A model generated the notes under the pieces. That model was given only the letters and a program-made list of their open reading frames with translations. It was not told where the DNA came from and did not search any database. A program made the translations under genes and the position numbers. 64,000 bases of DNA, taken from Candidatus Poribacteria bacterium. Lineage in GTDB: Bacteria > Poribacteria > WGA-4E > WGA-3G. The DNA is taken from the NCBI GenBank assembly GCA_965242965.1, contig OZ251518.1, positions 5,312,001-5,376,000 on the forward strand, written 5' to 3'. Position 1 is the first letter of the stretch. Each line of letters starts with the position of its first letter. Below, in pieces: positions 10,263 to 19,523 of this stretch.

Positions 10263-10959
10263 TGAGGGTGTTTTATAACTCCGTTGTTGTAAAAATGGTT
10301 TCGTGAGACCTCGAACGCTTCCGTTTCCCCGGTAGGAGAGACCTCCTGGTCTCGATTTCTCCCCGTAGGAGAGACCTCCCGGTCTCGATTTCTTCCTCCC
10401 GGTCTTGATACGGTGCAGGCAGCAACCCGCCGCTTTCACCGTAGGGCGTGGGCCCTCGGATGCCACACGCGCATCCAAGCGGGTTCCCCTCGCCATGCAA
10501 CTGATGAGAAATTTCTGCTGGTTTTAGGTCCGTAGGACCTTAATGTCTATAGCTCTTCGTCCTGCGAAGACTCTTAAGGTCTGTAAGACCTTAATGTGCA
10601 TCTGCACCGCGTCGCTAGCCTGCTATTAAGGACCTAACGGACCTTGAAAACGATGAAAGGCACGTTTTTCTATAGACATGCAGGACCTAAAGGACCTGAA
10701 GAGCCGTTTTTTTCAAAAGAGATTTCGTCGCTGCGAATGGACACCGCCGTTTTACCGTAGCGCGGGGGCCTGTCCCTCGCGATCGTTTTAGGCCCCGTAT
10801 CGCGGGGCCCTCGGATGCCATACGTGCATCCGAGCGGGTTCCCCCGCGATCGTTGCCTGGCGAGGGACAGGCCCTCGCCCTACGGTAAGCAAGGCCATTC
10901 TGGATACCGTAGCGCAGGGCCTGTCACCGCGACGTTAAGCAATTTATGAAACACCCTCA
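10263..10959. mobile_element. MITE-like element with REP cargo (imperfect TSD)
   Basis: TGAGGGTGTTTTATAA ... TTATGAAACACCCTCA termini; T-rich flanks; interior is a mosaic of several REP families. Confidence 0.8.
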
Positions 10960-11006
10960 TTTTTATTGTTCTCCATGCGGTTGATCGCCTCGTCTGTCCA
11001 ACATGG

Positions 11007-11231
11007 CTACATGCCTTGCAATCGTCTGCCGATTGCCTTTATCAGCGGTGTGATGAAAAAGTTAAGGCTAAAGACGACAAAGGCAATGACTGAAACGAGG
11101 AACAGGTTGGCTAGCAAACGTGGAATAACGTCCGGTTTGGAAAAGAGACTTTTGACAACCCTTGGCGAAAAAAAGCTAAGCGTTCCAAGCCAGTAGTAAA
11201 GATACCGACTCTTCAATTTTGAGAAAAACAT
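11007..11231 (-). CDS. Putative small membrane protein (74 aa)
   Basis: GGAGG RBS before ATG 11231; hydrophobic stretch LLANLFLVSVIAFVVFSLNFFI; divergent from ccmE. Confidence 0.35.
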   Translation of the reverse strand: MFFSKLKSRYLYYWLGTLSFFSPRVVKSLFSKPDVIPRLLANLFLVSVIAFVVFSLNFFITPLIKAIGRRLQGM

Positions 11232-11319
11232 CAAATCCTCCGGTCTGAACAATACGCCTGTCCAAGATGTCATCAATTTTAACATCAAATCCGATTTTAA
11301 ATCAAGAATAAAAAAATAC

Positions 11320-11348
11320 TTGCATCTGTTTTGGATAAGTGTTATAAT
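11320..11348 (+). promoter_or_regulatory. sigma70-type promoter of ccm operon
   Basis: TTGCAT-17 bp-TATAAT with TG extension. Confidence 0.7.
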
Positions 11349-11402
11349 TAAATATAGCATTTTCGTAAATTTTAGATATCGGATAAAATAGAGGAGGCTT
11401 AC

Positions 11403-11846
11403 GTGAAACGGAAAAGAGTTAAAATCGTTGCGGCGAGTGCGATGCTGCTTATAGCGATGGCGTTTTTAGTGATAGCGGGCATTCAGAGCACGAGTGTGCG
11501 CCACTTCACGCCCGCGGGGCTCGTCGCGGCGGCGAAATCGCTAAACAATCAACGGGTGCAAGTTGATGGGCTTATTTTAGCGGGGAGCACCGAATGGGAT
11601 GCAGCCAACTTTGAGCTCACTTTTGCTGTACGCGACCGGGAAGGCAGCGAAACCGTCAACGTGCTTTACGCGAAGCGGCTCAAACCGGATAACTTTATTG
11701 ATGACGGCAGCGTGTTTGTGGAAGGCAAATACGATGCCTCGCGGAACCTTATCGTCGCAACGAAACTGATGACGAAGTGTGCTTCCAAATACGAGGAAGC
11801 AGATAGCGCGACGACGGAATTGGTTACAGAAAGAGGTAAAAAATGA
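11403..11846 (+). CDS. ccmE: Cytochrome c maturation haem chaperone CcmE, CxxxY variant
   Basis: N-terminal anchor, PDNF..VFVEG, KLMTKCASKYE; directly upstream of ccmF. Confidence 0.9.
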   Translation: MKRKRVKIVAASAMLLIAMAFLVIAGIQSTSVRHFTPAGLVAAAKSLNNQRVQVDGLILAGSTEWDAANFELTFAVRDREGSETVNVLYAKRLKPDNFIDDGSVFVEGKYDASRNLIVATKLMTKCASKYEEADSATTELVTERGKK

Positions 11847-13864
11847 CAGCGGAAATCGGACAAGCCGCGATAGCCCTCTCTGTCCTCTCTGCGCTGTGGG
11901 CAATTGGATTCCTCTGTGTTGGGTTACGCCTGCGGAATGCGAAGGCAGTGCAGAGCGGCAGGAATGCTGTCGTCGCGACGTTTTTCCTCACCTGTGTCTC
12001 AACGGGTGCACTCATCTACGGGTTTGTGACAGACGACTTTTCACTGCGCTATGTCGTTGAGGTGTCAAGTGCCGCACAGCCGTTGCTGTATAAAATTGCC
12101 GCGCTCTGGGGCGCGATGTCGGGCTCTTTGCTCCTGTGGCTCTGGCTGCTCACCTTAGCGGGGGCGATTGTCGTCTGGCAGCATCGGAATTACACAACGG
12201 ATAACCTCGCCGATTATGCGCTCGTGCCAATCGTCGTTGTGCAGCTCTTTTTTATTATTCTGGTGACAGGTATTCCTGATGGAGTCTACAACCCACTCGC
12301 AAAACTGCCAGGAGGACAGGTTGCCGCCGATGGGCAAGGAATGAACCCGCTCCTTCAGACACCGCTCATGGCGTTCCATCCGCCGACACTCTATATCGGG
12401 TGGATTGGGATGACGGTGCCGTTCGGGTTTGCGATGGCCGCGCTCGCCTCCGGACGTATCGGAAGCAATTGGATACTCCGTTCCCGCAGATGGATGCTGC
12501 TCTCATGGATTATCTTGACTATTGGGATAACGCTCGGCGGCAATTGGGCGTATCGCGAGCTCGGATGGGGCGGTTATTGGGCGTGGGACCCGGTTGAAAA
12601 CGCCTCCTTCATGCCGTGGCTCCTCGGCACGGCCTATCTCCACTCCGTGATGATTCAAGAGAAGCGGAGCATGCTCAAGTTGTGGAATCTCCTCCTCATT
12701 ACGCTGGCGTTCCAGTTCACGCTGTTAGGCACCTTTATCACGCGAAGCGGGGTTATCTCATCTGTTCACTCTTTTGCGCAATCGAACGTCGGCTGGTATT
12801 TCCTCGGCTTCATCTTCGCGACGACTGCCGCTGCCATCGGCATGATGGTATATCGGCGGAAGCGGCTCAGAAGTGAAAACCACTTGGAATCCCTGCTCTC
12901 GCGCGAAAGTGCCTTTATCTTGAACAATTGGCTCCTCGTAGGATTGACGTTGATTATCCTCTGGGGAACGCTGTGGCCGATTCTCTCTGAAGCGATTAAC
13001 GGCGAGAAGGCATCCGTCCCGGAGGCGTTTTTCAACCAGGTGGTTATCATCCCCGGCCTGTTGCTCCTCTTCTTGACAGGAGCCGGTCCAATTATTTCGT
13101 GGAAGAAGTTGACACCGAACAATTTCCGCCGGATGTTTGTCTCACCTATCGGTATCGGTGTGATTGCCGGGGCGTTGACGTGGGGATTTCTCGCGTGGCG
13201 CGGCAACCCAATGCCGATTTATTCGGTGCTTTGCAGTTTCGCCGCCGTTTTCGTGCTCGCGGCAATTTTTAGCGAATTTTACCGCGGTGCAAAATTGCGT
13301 GCCAAACGTCAGGATGCTTCCTTCTTCACGGGGTTAACGCGCCTCGTGATGCGGAACAAGCGGCGATACGGCGGCTACATCATCCACATCGGCATTGTCA
13401 TTCTTTATATCGGCATCATGGGCTCCAAAGGCTATTTCCTGCTGGAATCCGAGGGGCTGAAACTCGGCGAATCGATGCAGGTAGGCACCTTTAATCTGAC
13501 GATGAAGGACTGGTTCCAGGAACGACATGCGAACTACGCCCGGGCTGGCGTGGTGTTTGACATTGAGAGAAACGGCAGACCGGTGGGCGAAATGAAGCCG
13601 GCGCGGCACTACTATGAGAAGACTGGGCAAGGCGAGACAGATACCATTGAGTCCGCCATTCAACATTTTGGCGCGAATGATCTTTACATTGCCCTCGGTG
13701 ATCTGCCGCCGAATATTAATGACGGCGGCATCGTGAACGTCCAAGTCTACCACAATCCGCTCATTAACGTTGTTTGGGTGGGGGTTGCGGTGATGGTGCT
13801 AGGCGGCATTGTCGCTATCGCGGAGAACTATCCGCACAAACCACCGAGCCAGCCGGGAGAATGA
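11843..13864 (+). CDS. ccmF: Cytochrome c-type biogenesis haem lyase CcmF
   Basis: MNPLLQ, HPP, WAYRELGWGGYWAWDPVENAS (WWD motif), SVHSF. Confidence 0.97.
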   Translation: MTAEIGQAAIALSVLSALWAIGFLCVGLRLRNAKAVQSGRNAVVATFFLTCVSTGALIYGFVTDDFSLRYVVEVSSAAQPLLYKIAALWGAMSGSLLLWLWLLTLAGAIVVWQHRNYTTDNLADYALVPIVVVQLFFIILVTGIPDGVYNPLAKLPGGQVAADGQGMNPLLQTPLMAFHPPTLYIGWIGMTVPFGFAMAALASGRIGSNWILRSRRWMLLSWIILTIGITLGGNWAYRELGWGGYWAWDPVENASFMPWLLGTAYLHSVMIQEKRSMLKLWNLLLITLAFQFTLLGTFITRSGVISSVHSFAQSNVGWYFLGFIFATTAAAIGMMVYRRKRLRSENHLESLLSRESAFILNNWLLVGLTLIILWGTLWPILSEAINGEKASVPEAFFNQVVIIPGLLLLFLTGAGPIISWKKLTPNNFRRMFVSPIGIGVIAGALTWGFLAWRGNPMPIYSVLCSFAAVFVLAAIFSEFYRGAKLRAKRQDASFFTGLTRLVMRNKRRYGGYIIHIGIVILYIGIMGSKGYFLLESEGLKLGESMQVGTFNLTMKDWFQERHANYARAGVVFDIERNGRPVGEMKPARHYYEKTGQGETDTIESAIQHFGANDLYIALGDLPPNINDGGIVNVQVYHNPLINVVWVGVAVMVLGGIVAIAENYPHKPPSQPGE

Positions 13865-13867
13865 AAA

Positions 13868-14530
13868 ATGAGAATCCGAATCGTCTTGCGGGGAGTTATG
13901 CTCTCCTTCGTCATTTTCGCCACCGGCGTGTTTGCACAAGAGGACGGCGACAACTCCTTTGAGACGCAGTTGCAGGAACTCACGACGACGCTTTACTGTT
14001 CCTGCGGTTGTGAGGAAACGATAATCCAGCACTGCGATTGTGACACCGCGCGGGCAATTGAGGAGGAATTCCGAACGCGGTTGGCAGCAGGCGAAACTGC
14101 CGAACACATTCGCGCCGATTACCTGGAAGCGTATACAACGCAACTCAATTATCCTCACAAAACTGAATTGGCACAACTGATGAGTGGCCTTTACTGTGCT
14201 TGTGGCGAGTGTGTGGATTTGACAGTCCTGCACTGTGCTTGTGATGCTGCACATGAATTTGAGCAGAATTTCCGGGCGCAACTGGACACTGGGAAATCTA
14301 TCCAACACATCCGCGCTGATTATTTGCAAACCTTCGGTTTCCAATATGATGCCACCGCGCCGACAGAGAATGGCAATTTGTTTGCCTATGTGATACCAGT
14401 GGGTATTCTTCTCCTACTCGGCGGCGTTATCATCGCTTTCATGCGGAAAGTGAGACAGCGGAATGAAGGAACCGGCGAAAACAGAAACGGTTCTGATAGC
14501 CCGAAACCACCTAGCGTCCCGGAGGCATAA
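13868..14530 (+). CDS. CcmH-like protein with two tandem Cys-rich domains
   Basis: Signal peptide; LYCSCGC...HCDC and LYCACGEC...HCAC repeats each followed by F.A/T.L..G...E/QHIRADY; C-terminal TM; follows ccmF. Confidence 0.7.
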   Translation: MRIRIVLRGVMLSFVIFATGVFAQEDGDNSFETQLQELTTTLYCSCGCEETIIQHCDCDTARAIEEEFRTRLAAGETAEHIRADYLEAYTTQLNYPHKTELAQLMSGLYCACGECVDLTVLHCACDAAHEFEQNFRAQLDTGKSIQHIRADYLQTFGFQYDATAPTENGNLFAYVIPVGILLLLGGVIIAFMRKVRQRNEGTGENRNGSDSPKPPSVPEA

Positions 14531-14533
14531 GAT

Positions 14534-15007
14534 ATGAAAATCCGAACCGCTTTTCTTGCCAGTGCCCTGCTGAGTGCCGCTTTGGCCACCGTCGTGCTGT
14601 CTCAAGAGCGTTCTGAGCCAAAATTGGAAGAGCTCATGACGAGCGTCTACTGCTACTGTGGATGTGTCAAGGAGACAATCCAAGTCTGTGTGTGCGGCAC
14701 TGCAGTGGCGATTGAAGCCGATTTTCGCGCCCGGTTGAACGCCGGTGAAACTGTCGAACAGATTCGCGCGGATTATCTTGAAACTCACGGACCCGAGTTC
14801 AATGCGCTCATGCCAGCGGAAGGCATCAATCTCGTCGCCTACATTGCACCAGGTGTCATTCTGGTGTTGATTGGCGGGGTTGTCTTTGCCGTTCTGCAGA
14901 AGATGAGAAAGCCGAAAGCTGCGGCGGCACCTCAGGCCGCGCCGGCTTCCGATGCCGCTGTCAAACAGATTGAAGCGGAATTAGAAGAATATAAACAGGA
15001 AAAGTGA
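14534..15007 (+). CDS. CcmH-like protein (single Cys-rich domain)
   Basis: VYCYCGC...VCVC, GETVEQIRADYLETHG, TM helix, C-terminal QIEAELEE. Confidence 0.75.
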   Translation: MKIRTAFLASALLSAALATVVLSQERSEPKLEELMTSVYCYCGCVKETIQVCVCGTAVAIEADFRARLNAGETVEQIRADYLETHGPEFNALMPAEGINLVAYIAPGVILVLIGGVVFAVLQKMRKPKAAAAPQAAPASDAAVKQIEAELEEYKQEK

Positions 15008-15026
15008 CCTGGTTAGGAGCACCCTC

Positions 15027-15365
15027 ATGTCTCTATTTGTCCTCTTGTGGATGAGTATCCTTGGTATTGTGCTGTTGGTATATTTGGCGTATCCGTTTTT
15101 CACGAAAACGGATACGCAACCCATGGAAACCGCCCCGGGCGAAGCGCGCATGCAAACCCTCTTGCAGGAACGCGAACGCAGCTACGCCGCTTTGGCTGAT
15201 CTTGACGAAGACTACGAAACCGGCAAACTCTCCGAAGCCGATTATCGGGAGTTACGTGCCGCCCTTTTGCAGGAGACCGCGCATGTCATCCAGCAACTTG
15301 AAACGAGTGCCAAGACAGATGTTGAGGCAGAAATTGAACGATTCAAACAGCAGAAACGCGGATAA
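15027..15365 (+). CDS. CcmI-N-like small membrane protein
   Basis: TM helix then LADLDEDYETGKLSEADYRELR motif typical of ccm-associated proteins. Confidence 0.65.
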   Translation: MSLFVLLWMSILGIVLLVYLAYPFFTKTDTQPMETAPGEARMQTLLQERERSYAALADLDEDYETGKLSEADYRELRAALLQETAHVIQQLETSAKTDVEAEIERFKQQKRG

Positions 15366-15371
15366 GGAAAC

Positions 15372-16670
15372 ATGGCGAATTTAGTCTCAACATATCTAGT
15401 AGCCGCGCTTTACAGGCGCGCAAAGTGTCCGGTAGGCGCGTTTTGGAAACGCACTTGCCTCGCGATAGCCGCACTTCTCGTTTGCGTGATGTCTGTTCAC
15501 GCCGAAGTCGGCTACATACACGGCAAACTCACGGACAAAAAACGGGAGCAACTCCTTGCTTCGCAGCCCGTAACCCTCCGTGTGCATCGCGCGAATGCCG
15601 CTGTTGAAACACAGGAGACGGTGACTGATGAAAATGGCGTTTACCGTTTCAATGAGTTACCGCTCGACCCGAGTGTCCACTACTCTGTCGCTACCACCTA
15701 CGAAGGTAGTGAATACACGGAGAAGGACCTGGTTTTGTCGGCGTGGGCACCGAATCTCACGGTTAACATTGACATCGGCGCGATGAGCGATGACCGGTCG
15801 AAAGTTCGGATTAACGCGCACATGCTAGTCATCGGCCCGCCGCCGGAAGACCACGCGCCGGACGGTGCAGTGAGCATCACAGAGATACTGCAAGTTGAAA
15901 ATCAGAACGATTTGCCGTTTAAGACGGTGCATGATGGAAACCAGGTCGGCTTGCATTTAGGGCTACCGCGCGGGTATGAGGGGTTTCATAACCTCACGTC
16001 GCACGAACTCGCCGTTAATCCTGCCACCAATCAACTCATGCTGACAACGCCTTTGCCCCCGGGGGAACTGAAATTCAGTTACGCCTACATTTTGCATGTT
16101 GAAGGGACTGAATTGGATTTATCCCGTCTCCTTCAGTTTGACACGGGACAACTCTTCATTTTTGTCCCGGAGCGGTTCAATTTTCGTCCGCAATCCAAGC
16201 GATTTAGCGAGGAGCGAGACGAGGCGATTCATAACATGATTTACAACGTTTACAATAATCCGAAGCGTGAACCGTTTCCGGCGGGCGCGCGGGCTGACTT
16301 AAAGTTGGAGTTCGGCGCGGCAAGTGAAGAGACATCGGCGGACTTGGGGCAGATGGCACTCATCGCCGTTGCCGCCGCGTTGGCGGGTGGGTTTTTCGTC
16401 GCCGCGTTGTTCATGATGCGCGGGGCTCGCCGCAATAAGCCGACAGACGCAGACGATACGCACGAGGATACGAAACCGGATGCTGGCTGGCTTGGGAAAC
16501 TCAACGACGAAGACTTGGAGAATGTCCGGGTCGCGAGGCTTGAGTTTATCACCTATCTTGATGACGCTCGCGAAAATCAGGGCATGTCGGAACGGGTTTA
16601 CAACCGATTGCGCCGAGAGCAGACTGAACGCCTCAGCGCAACCCTCAACGAACGCAAAGAGCGGGAGTAG
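15372..16670 (+). CDS. ccm-associated protein with carboxypeptidase-regulatory-like (Cna-B-type) domain and C-terminal TM
   Basis: IHGKLTD..VTLR..TDENGVYRF; TM near residue 330; helical C-terminal tail. Confidence 0.7.
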   Translation: MANLVSTYLVAALYRRAKCPVGAFWKRTCLAIAALLVCVMSVHAEVGYIHGKLTDKKREQLLASQPVTLRVHRANAAVETQETVTDENGVYRFNELPLDPSVHYSVATTYEGSEYTEKDLVLSAWAPNLTVNIDIGAMSDDRSKVRINAHMLVIGPPPEDHAPDGAVSITEILQVENQNDLPFKTVHDGNQVGLHLGLPRGYEGFHNLTSHELAVNPATNQLMLTTPLPPGELKFSYAYILHVEGTELDLSRLLQFDTGQLFIFVPERFNFRPQSKRFSEERDEAIHNMIYNVYNNPKREPFPAGARADLKLEFGAASEETSADLGQMALIAVAAALAGGFFVAALFMMRGARRNKPTDADDTHEDTKPDAGWLGKLNDEDLENVRVARLEFITYLDDARENQGMSERVYNRLRREQTERLSATLNERKERE

Positions 16671-16775
16671 TAGGCAGGTTATCCCTGTCCCGGCAATTGT
16701 ATCTCATCGGTAGGAGAGCCCTCCTGGCCTCGACAATTTCTGTCATCGGTAGGAGAGACCTCCCGGTCTCGACAA
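16667..16775. repeat. Tandem GTAG-REP units
   Basis: gtaggcaggttatccctgtcccg, gtaggagagccctcctggcctcga, gtaggagagacctcccggtctcga. Confidence 0.8.
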
Positions 16776-16798
16776 TTTACGTGAAAAAAGGGGAATGC

Positions 16799-17398
16799 AT
16801 GCACCGACCGGTTATTGAACTGATCGACGAATTATCAGATGCAGATGACGAGGTGCGCGATGCCGCCAAGGCAGAGTTAGTCGTTATCGGCGAACCTGCT
16901 ATCCCAGAACTCATCGCGGCACTTGCCGAGAACTTGTGGGATATTTCTGACCAGGCGGCGGACGCACTGGCGCAAATCGGCGAACCAGCCGTGGAACCGC
17001 TCATGGAGCAACTCCAGACTGTTGGGAGGCACCATGCGCTCAGCATCAGCGCGGCACTTTCGCGCATAGGCGTGGCTGCTATTCCGGCACTGACAGCGGC
17101 GTTATCAGACATTGATGAGGAGGTCCGCGAATATGTCATGCGCGCGTTCAGTGCCATGGGGGACGATGCTGTAGGCGCGCTGCCGGCCCTCATCCAAGCG
17201 TTGCGCGATCCGGCCGAGGAGGTGCGCACCTATGCCGCTTACGCAATCGCCAACATCGGCGAACCGGCTGCGGCTGCTATTCCGGCCCTCACCGAGACAT
17301 TTGCTGTTGATTCTGAACGCGTGCAACACCATGTTGTCTTCGCTTTGGAGAAAATCGGCACTTCCGCCGCGTTGGAGGCACTTAAGTCTTTGGTGTAG
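16799..17398 (+). CDS. HEAT/PBS-lyase repeat protein
   Basis: Repeated D.EVR..A..AL..IG..AIP.L units; start MHRP at 16799 (track extension is REP sequence). Confidence 0.9.
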   Translation: MHRPVIELIDELSDADDEVRDAAKAELVVIGEPAIPELIAALAENLWDISDQAADALAQIGEPAVEPLMEQLQTVGRHHALSISAALSRIGVAAIPALTAALSDIDEEVREYVMRAFSAMGDDAVGALPALIQALRDPAEEVRTYAAYAIANIGEPAAAAIPALTETFAVDSERVQHHVVFALEKIGTSAALEALKSLV

Positions 17399-17509
17399 AG
17401 GCAGCTGCCCGCGCTCCGGTAGGGTGCTGGACAATCGCGGGGGCCATGTCCTCGCCGTGCCTTAATTTCTCGCGAAAATCAAACCTTTCGGGGTAAATTG
17501 AAAAAAAAT

Positions 17510-17538
17510 TTGAAATCGCGATGAAAATGTGGTATAAT
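17510..17538 (+). promoter_or_regulatory. sigma70-type promoter of OFOR operon
   Basis: TTGAAA-17 bp-TATAAT with TGn extension. Confidence 0.7.
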
Positions 17539-17732
17539 TAACTAAAGTAGTATGTTTTAGGGTTATGCCTCATGAAAAAGGCGAAAAGTTAACAAACGAT
17601 TTCAGTTACTATTTCACGCACTCTGGTGGGCGGCCGCCGTCCCCGGAGTCGGATACGAAGAATCTGTCGGTGCGTCGGAGTTATCTGAAGATGACATCGG
17701 CGCACGTCAAAATGATTAAGAAGGGAGCCAAG

Positions 17733-19514
17733 ATGGCAAATTACGACTTTGTAATCGCTGTGGGTGGTGCGCCCGGCCAGGGGATAGACACCGTGGGCAA
17801 AAGCATGAGCCAAATCTGTGCCCGTCATGGCCTGCATGTCTTCACCTATAGTGCTTACCAATCTCTCATCCGTGGCGGACACACCTTCCTCACTATCCGC
17901 ATCAGTTCCGAGCCAGTGGCCAATCACGGCGACAAAATCGATCTGATTATCGCTCTGGACCGGAACAGTCTGGAGAAACACCTTCCCCATGTCGCACCCG
18001 GCGGCGCAATTATCTATAACAGCGATGATGTTAAGCAGGCACCGGAACGCGCCGACATCCAGCTGTGCCCCATCTCCTACAAAGAGCTGTCGGATAACGC
18101 CGACCGGAAGAAGTTGATGCTGAATATTTGCATGTTCGGTGTCGCCTTGAATATGGTAGGCGGGGATTTGGCGGTGCTTGAGGACATCATCACCCTGACG
18201 TTCCTGAAACGGAAGGGACAAGCACTTACGGATGCGAATCTCGCTGTGGCGCGGGCTGGATACAATTACGCCGCGGCGCACTTCACACCGTTCGAGGCGC
18301 AGTTTACGAAACAGGAACCGCTTGCTTTCGTTGATGGCAATTCGGCGATGGCGATGGGCGGCGCGGCCGCCGGGGTCAAATTCTATTGCGCCTATCCGAT
18401 GAGCCCCTCCACCGGTGTCCTGAAATGGATGGCGGACAACGCACGTGACTTAAGCATCATGGTGCGGCAGTGCGAGGACGAGATCAGCGTTATCAACATG
18501 GTTATTGGGGCTGCGCACGCTGGCTGCCGCGCGATGTGTGCTACTTCCGGCGGCGGATTCGCCCTCATGACGGAGGCAATCGGCAGTGCCGGGATGATGG
18601 AAATCCCCATCGTCGTCATTAACGTCCAGCGCGGCGGGCCCTCCACCGGCTTGCCGACGAAGACTGAACAGGGAGATCTGTGGCAGCTCCTCGGTGCCAG
18701 CCAAGGCGATTTTCCAAAGATTATCGTCTCGCCGACGAGCATCATGGATGGGTTTGATACGATTCCGGAACTTTTTAACCTCGTTGATAAGTTCCAATGC
18801 CCCGGCATGGTGCTTTCCGACCTGACGCTCTCCATGGGCTTTACGACGTTCGCGCCGGATTCCATTGATTGGCAGCCGAAGATCGAACGCGGTGAATTGA
18901 TAACCGATGCTGTTCAGACGAACGGCGACTACCTGCGGTATCAGATTACCGATAGCGGGATTTCGCCGCGCGCTATCCCTGGGACTCCCGGGCACGTGCA
19001 CGTCGTTGCTACCGATGACCACGATGAAGACGGCGGGCTCATCAGTGATGAGTTTACCAATCCGCACAAGCGGCGCGACATTATGGATAAACGGCAACGG
19101 AAGATGGATGGCATCGCCGAGCAGCTGCCGCCGCCGACGTTGGAAGGCCCCGCAGATGCGGAAGTCACCCTCATCGGATGGGGCTCAACGCATAGTGTGA
19201 TTGGCGAAGCGGCGCAGCAACTTACCGAAGCGGGGGTTGCCACGAATCACATCCATTTCAAGTGGCTCTACCCTATAGATGAAGATGCGGTGAACGCGGT
19301 GCTTGACAAAGCGGCGCACGCCATCGTTGTTGAGTGCAATTACACGGGACAATTCGCGCGGTTCCTGCGCGGTGAAACGGGTTTCAAGGCGGCTGGGCAC
19401 ATCCGGAAGTATGATGGCGAGCCGTTCATGCCGCACCACATCGTTGATGGTGCGCGGGAGCTCTTCGGCGGCAAAACGGGTGTCTATGTTCCGTATCAGG
19501 AGATTGTCGTCTAA
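17733..19514 (+). CDS. 2-oxoacid:ferredoxin oxidoreductase subunit alpha (fused gamma-alpha)
   Basis: GGAPGQGI, YQSLIRGGH, YPMSP, QCEDE, TSGGGF, QRGGPSTGLPTKTEQ; GGGAG RBS before ATG 17733. Confidence 0.95.
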   Translation: MANYDFVIAVGGAPGQGIDTVGKSMSQICARHGLHVFTYSAYQSLIRGGHTFLTIRISSEPVANHGDKIDLIIALDRNSLEKHLPHVAPGGAIIYNSDDVKQAPERADIQLCPISYKELSDNADRKKLMLNICMFGVALNMVGGDLAVLEDIITLTFLKRKGQALTDANLAVARAGYNYAAAHFTPFEAQFTKQEPLAFVDGNSAMAMGGAAAGVKFYCAYPMSPSTGVLKWMADNARDLSIMVRQCEDEISVINMVIGAAHAGCRAMCATSGGGFALMTEAIGSAGMMEIPIVVINVQRGGPSTGLPTKTEQGDLWQLLGASQGDFPKIIVSPTSIMDGFDTIPELFNLVDKFQCPGMVLSDLTLSMGFTTFAPDSIDWQPKIERGELITDAVQTNGDYLRYQITDSGISPRAIPGTPGHVHVVATDDHDEDGGLISDEFTNPHKRRDIMDKRQRKMDGIAEQLPPPTLEGPADAEVTLIGWGSTHSVIGEAAQQLTEAGVATNHIHFKWLYPIDEDAVNAVLDKAAHAIVVECNYTGQFARFLRGETGFKAAGHIRKYDGEPFMPHHIVDGARELFGGKTGVYVPYQEIVV

Positions 19515-19523
19515 TAAAGGAGG

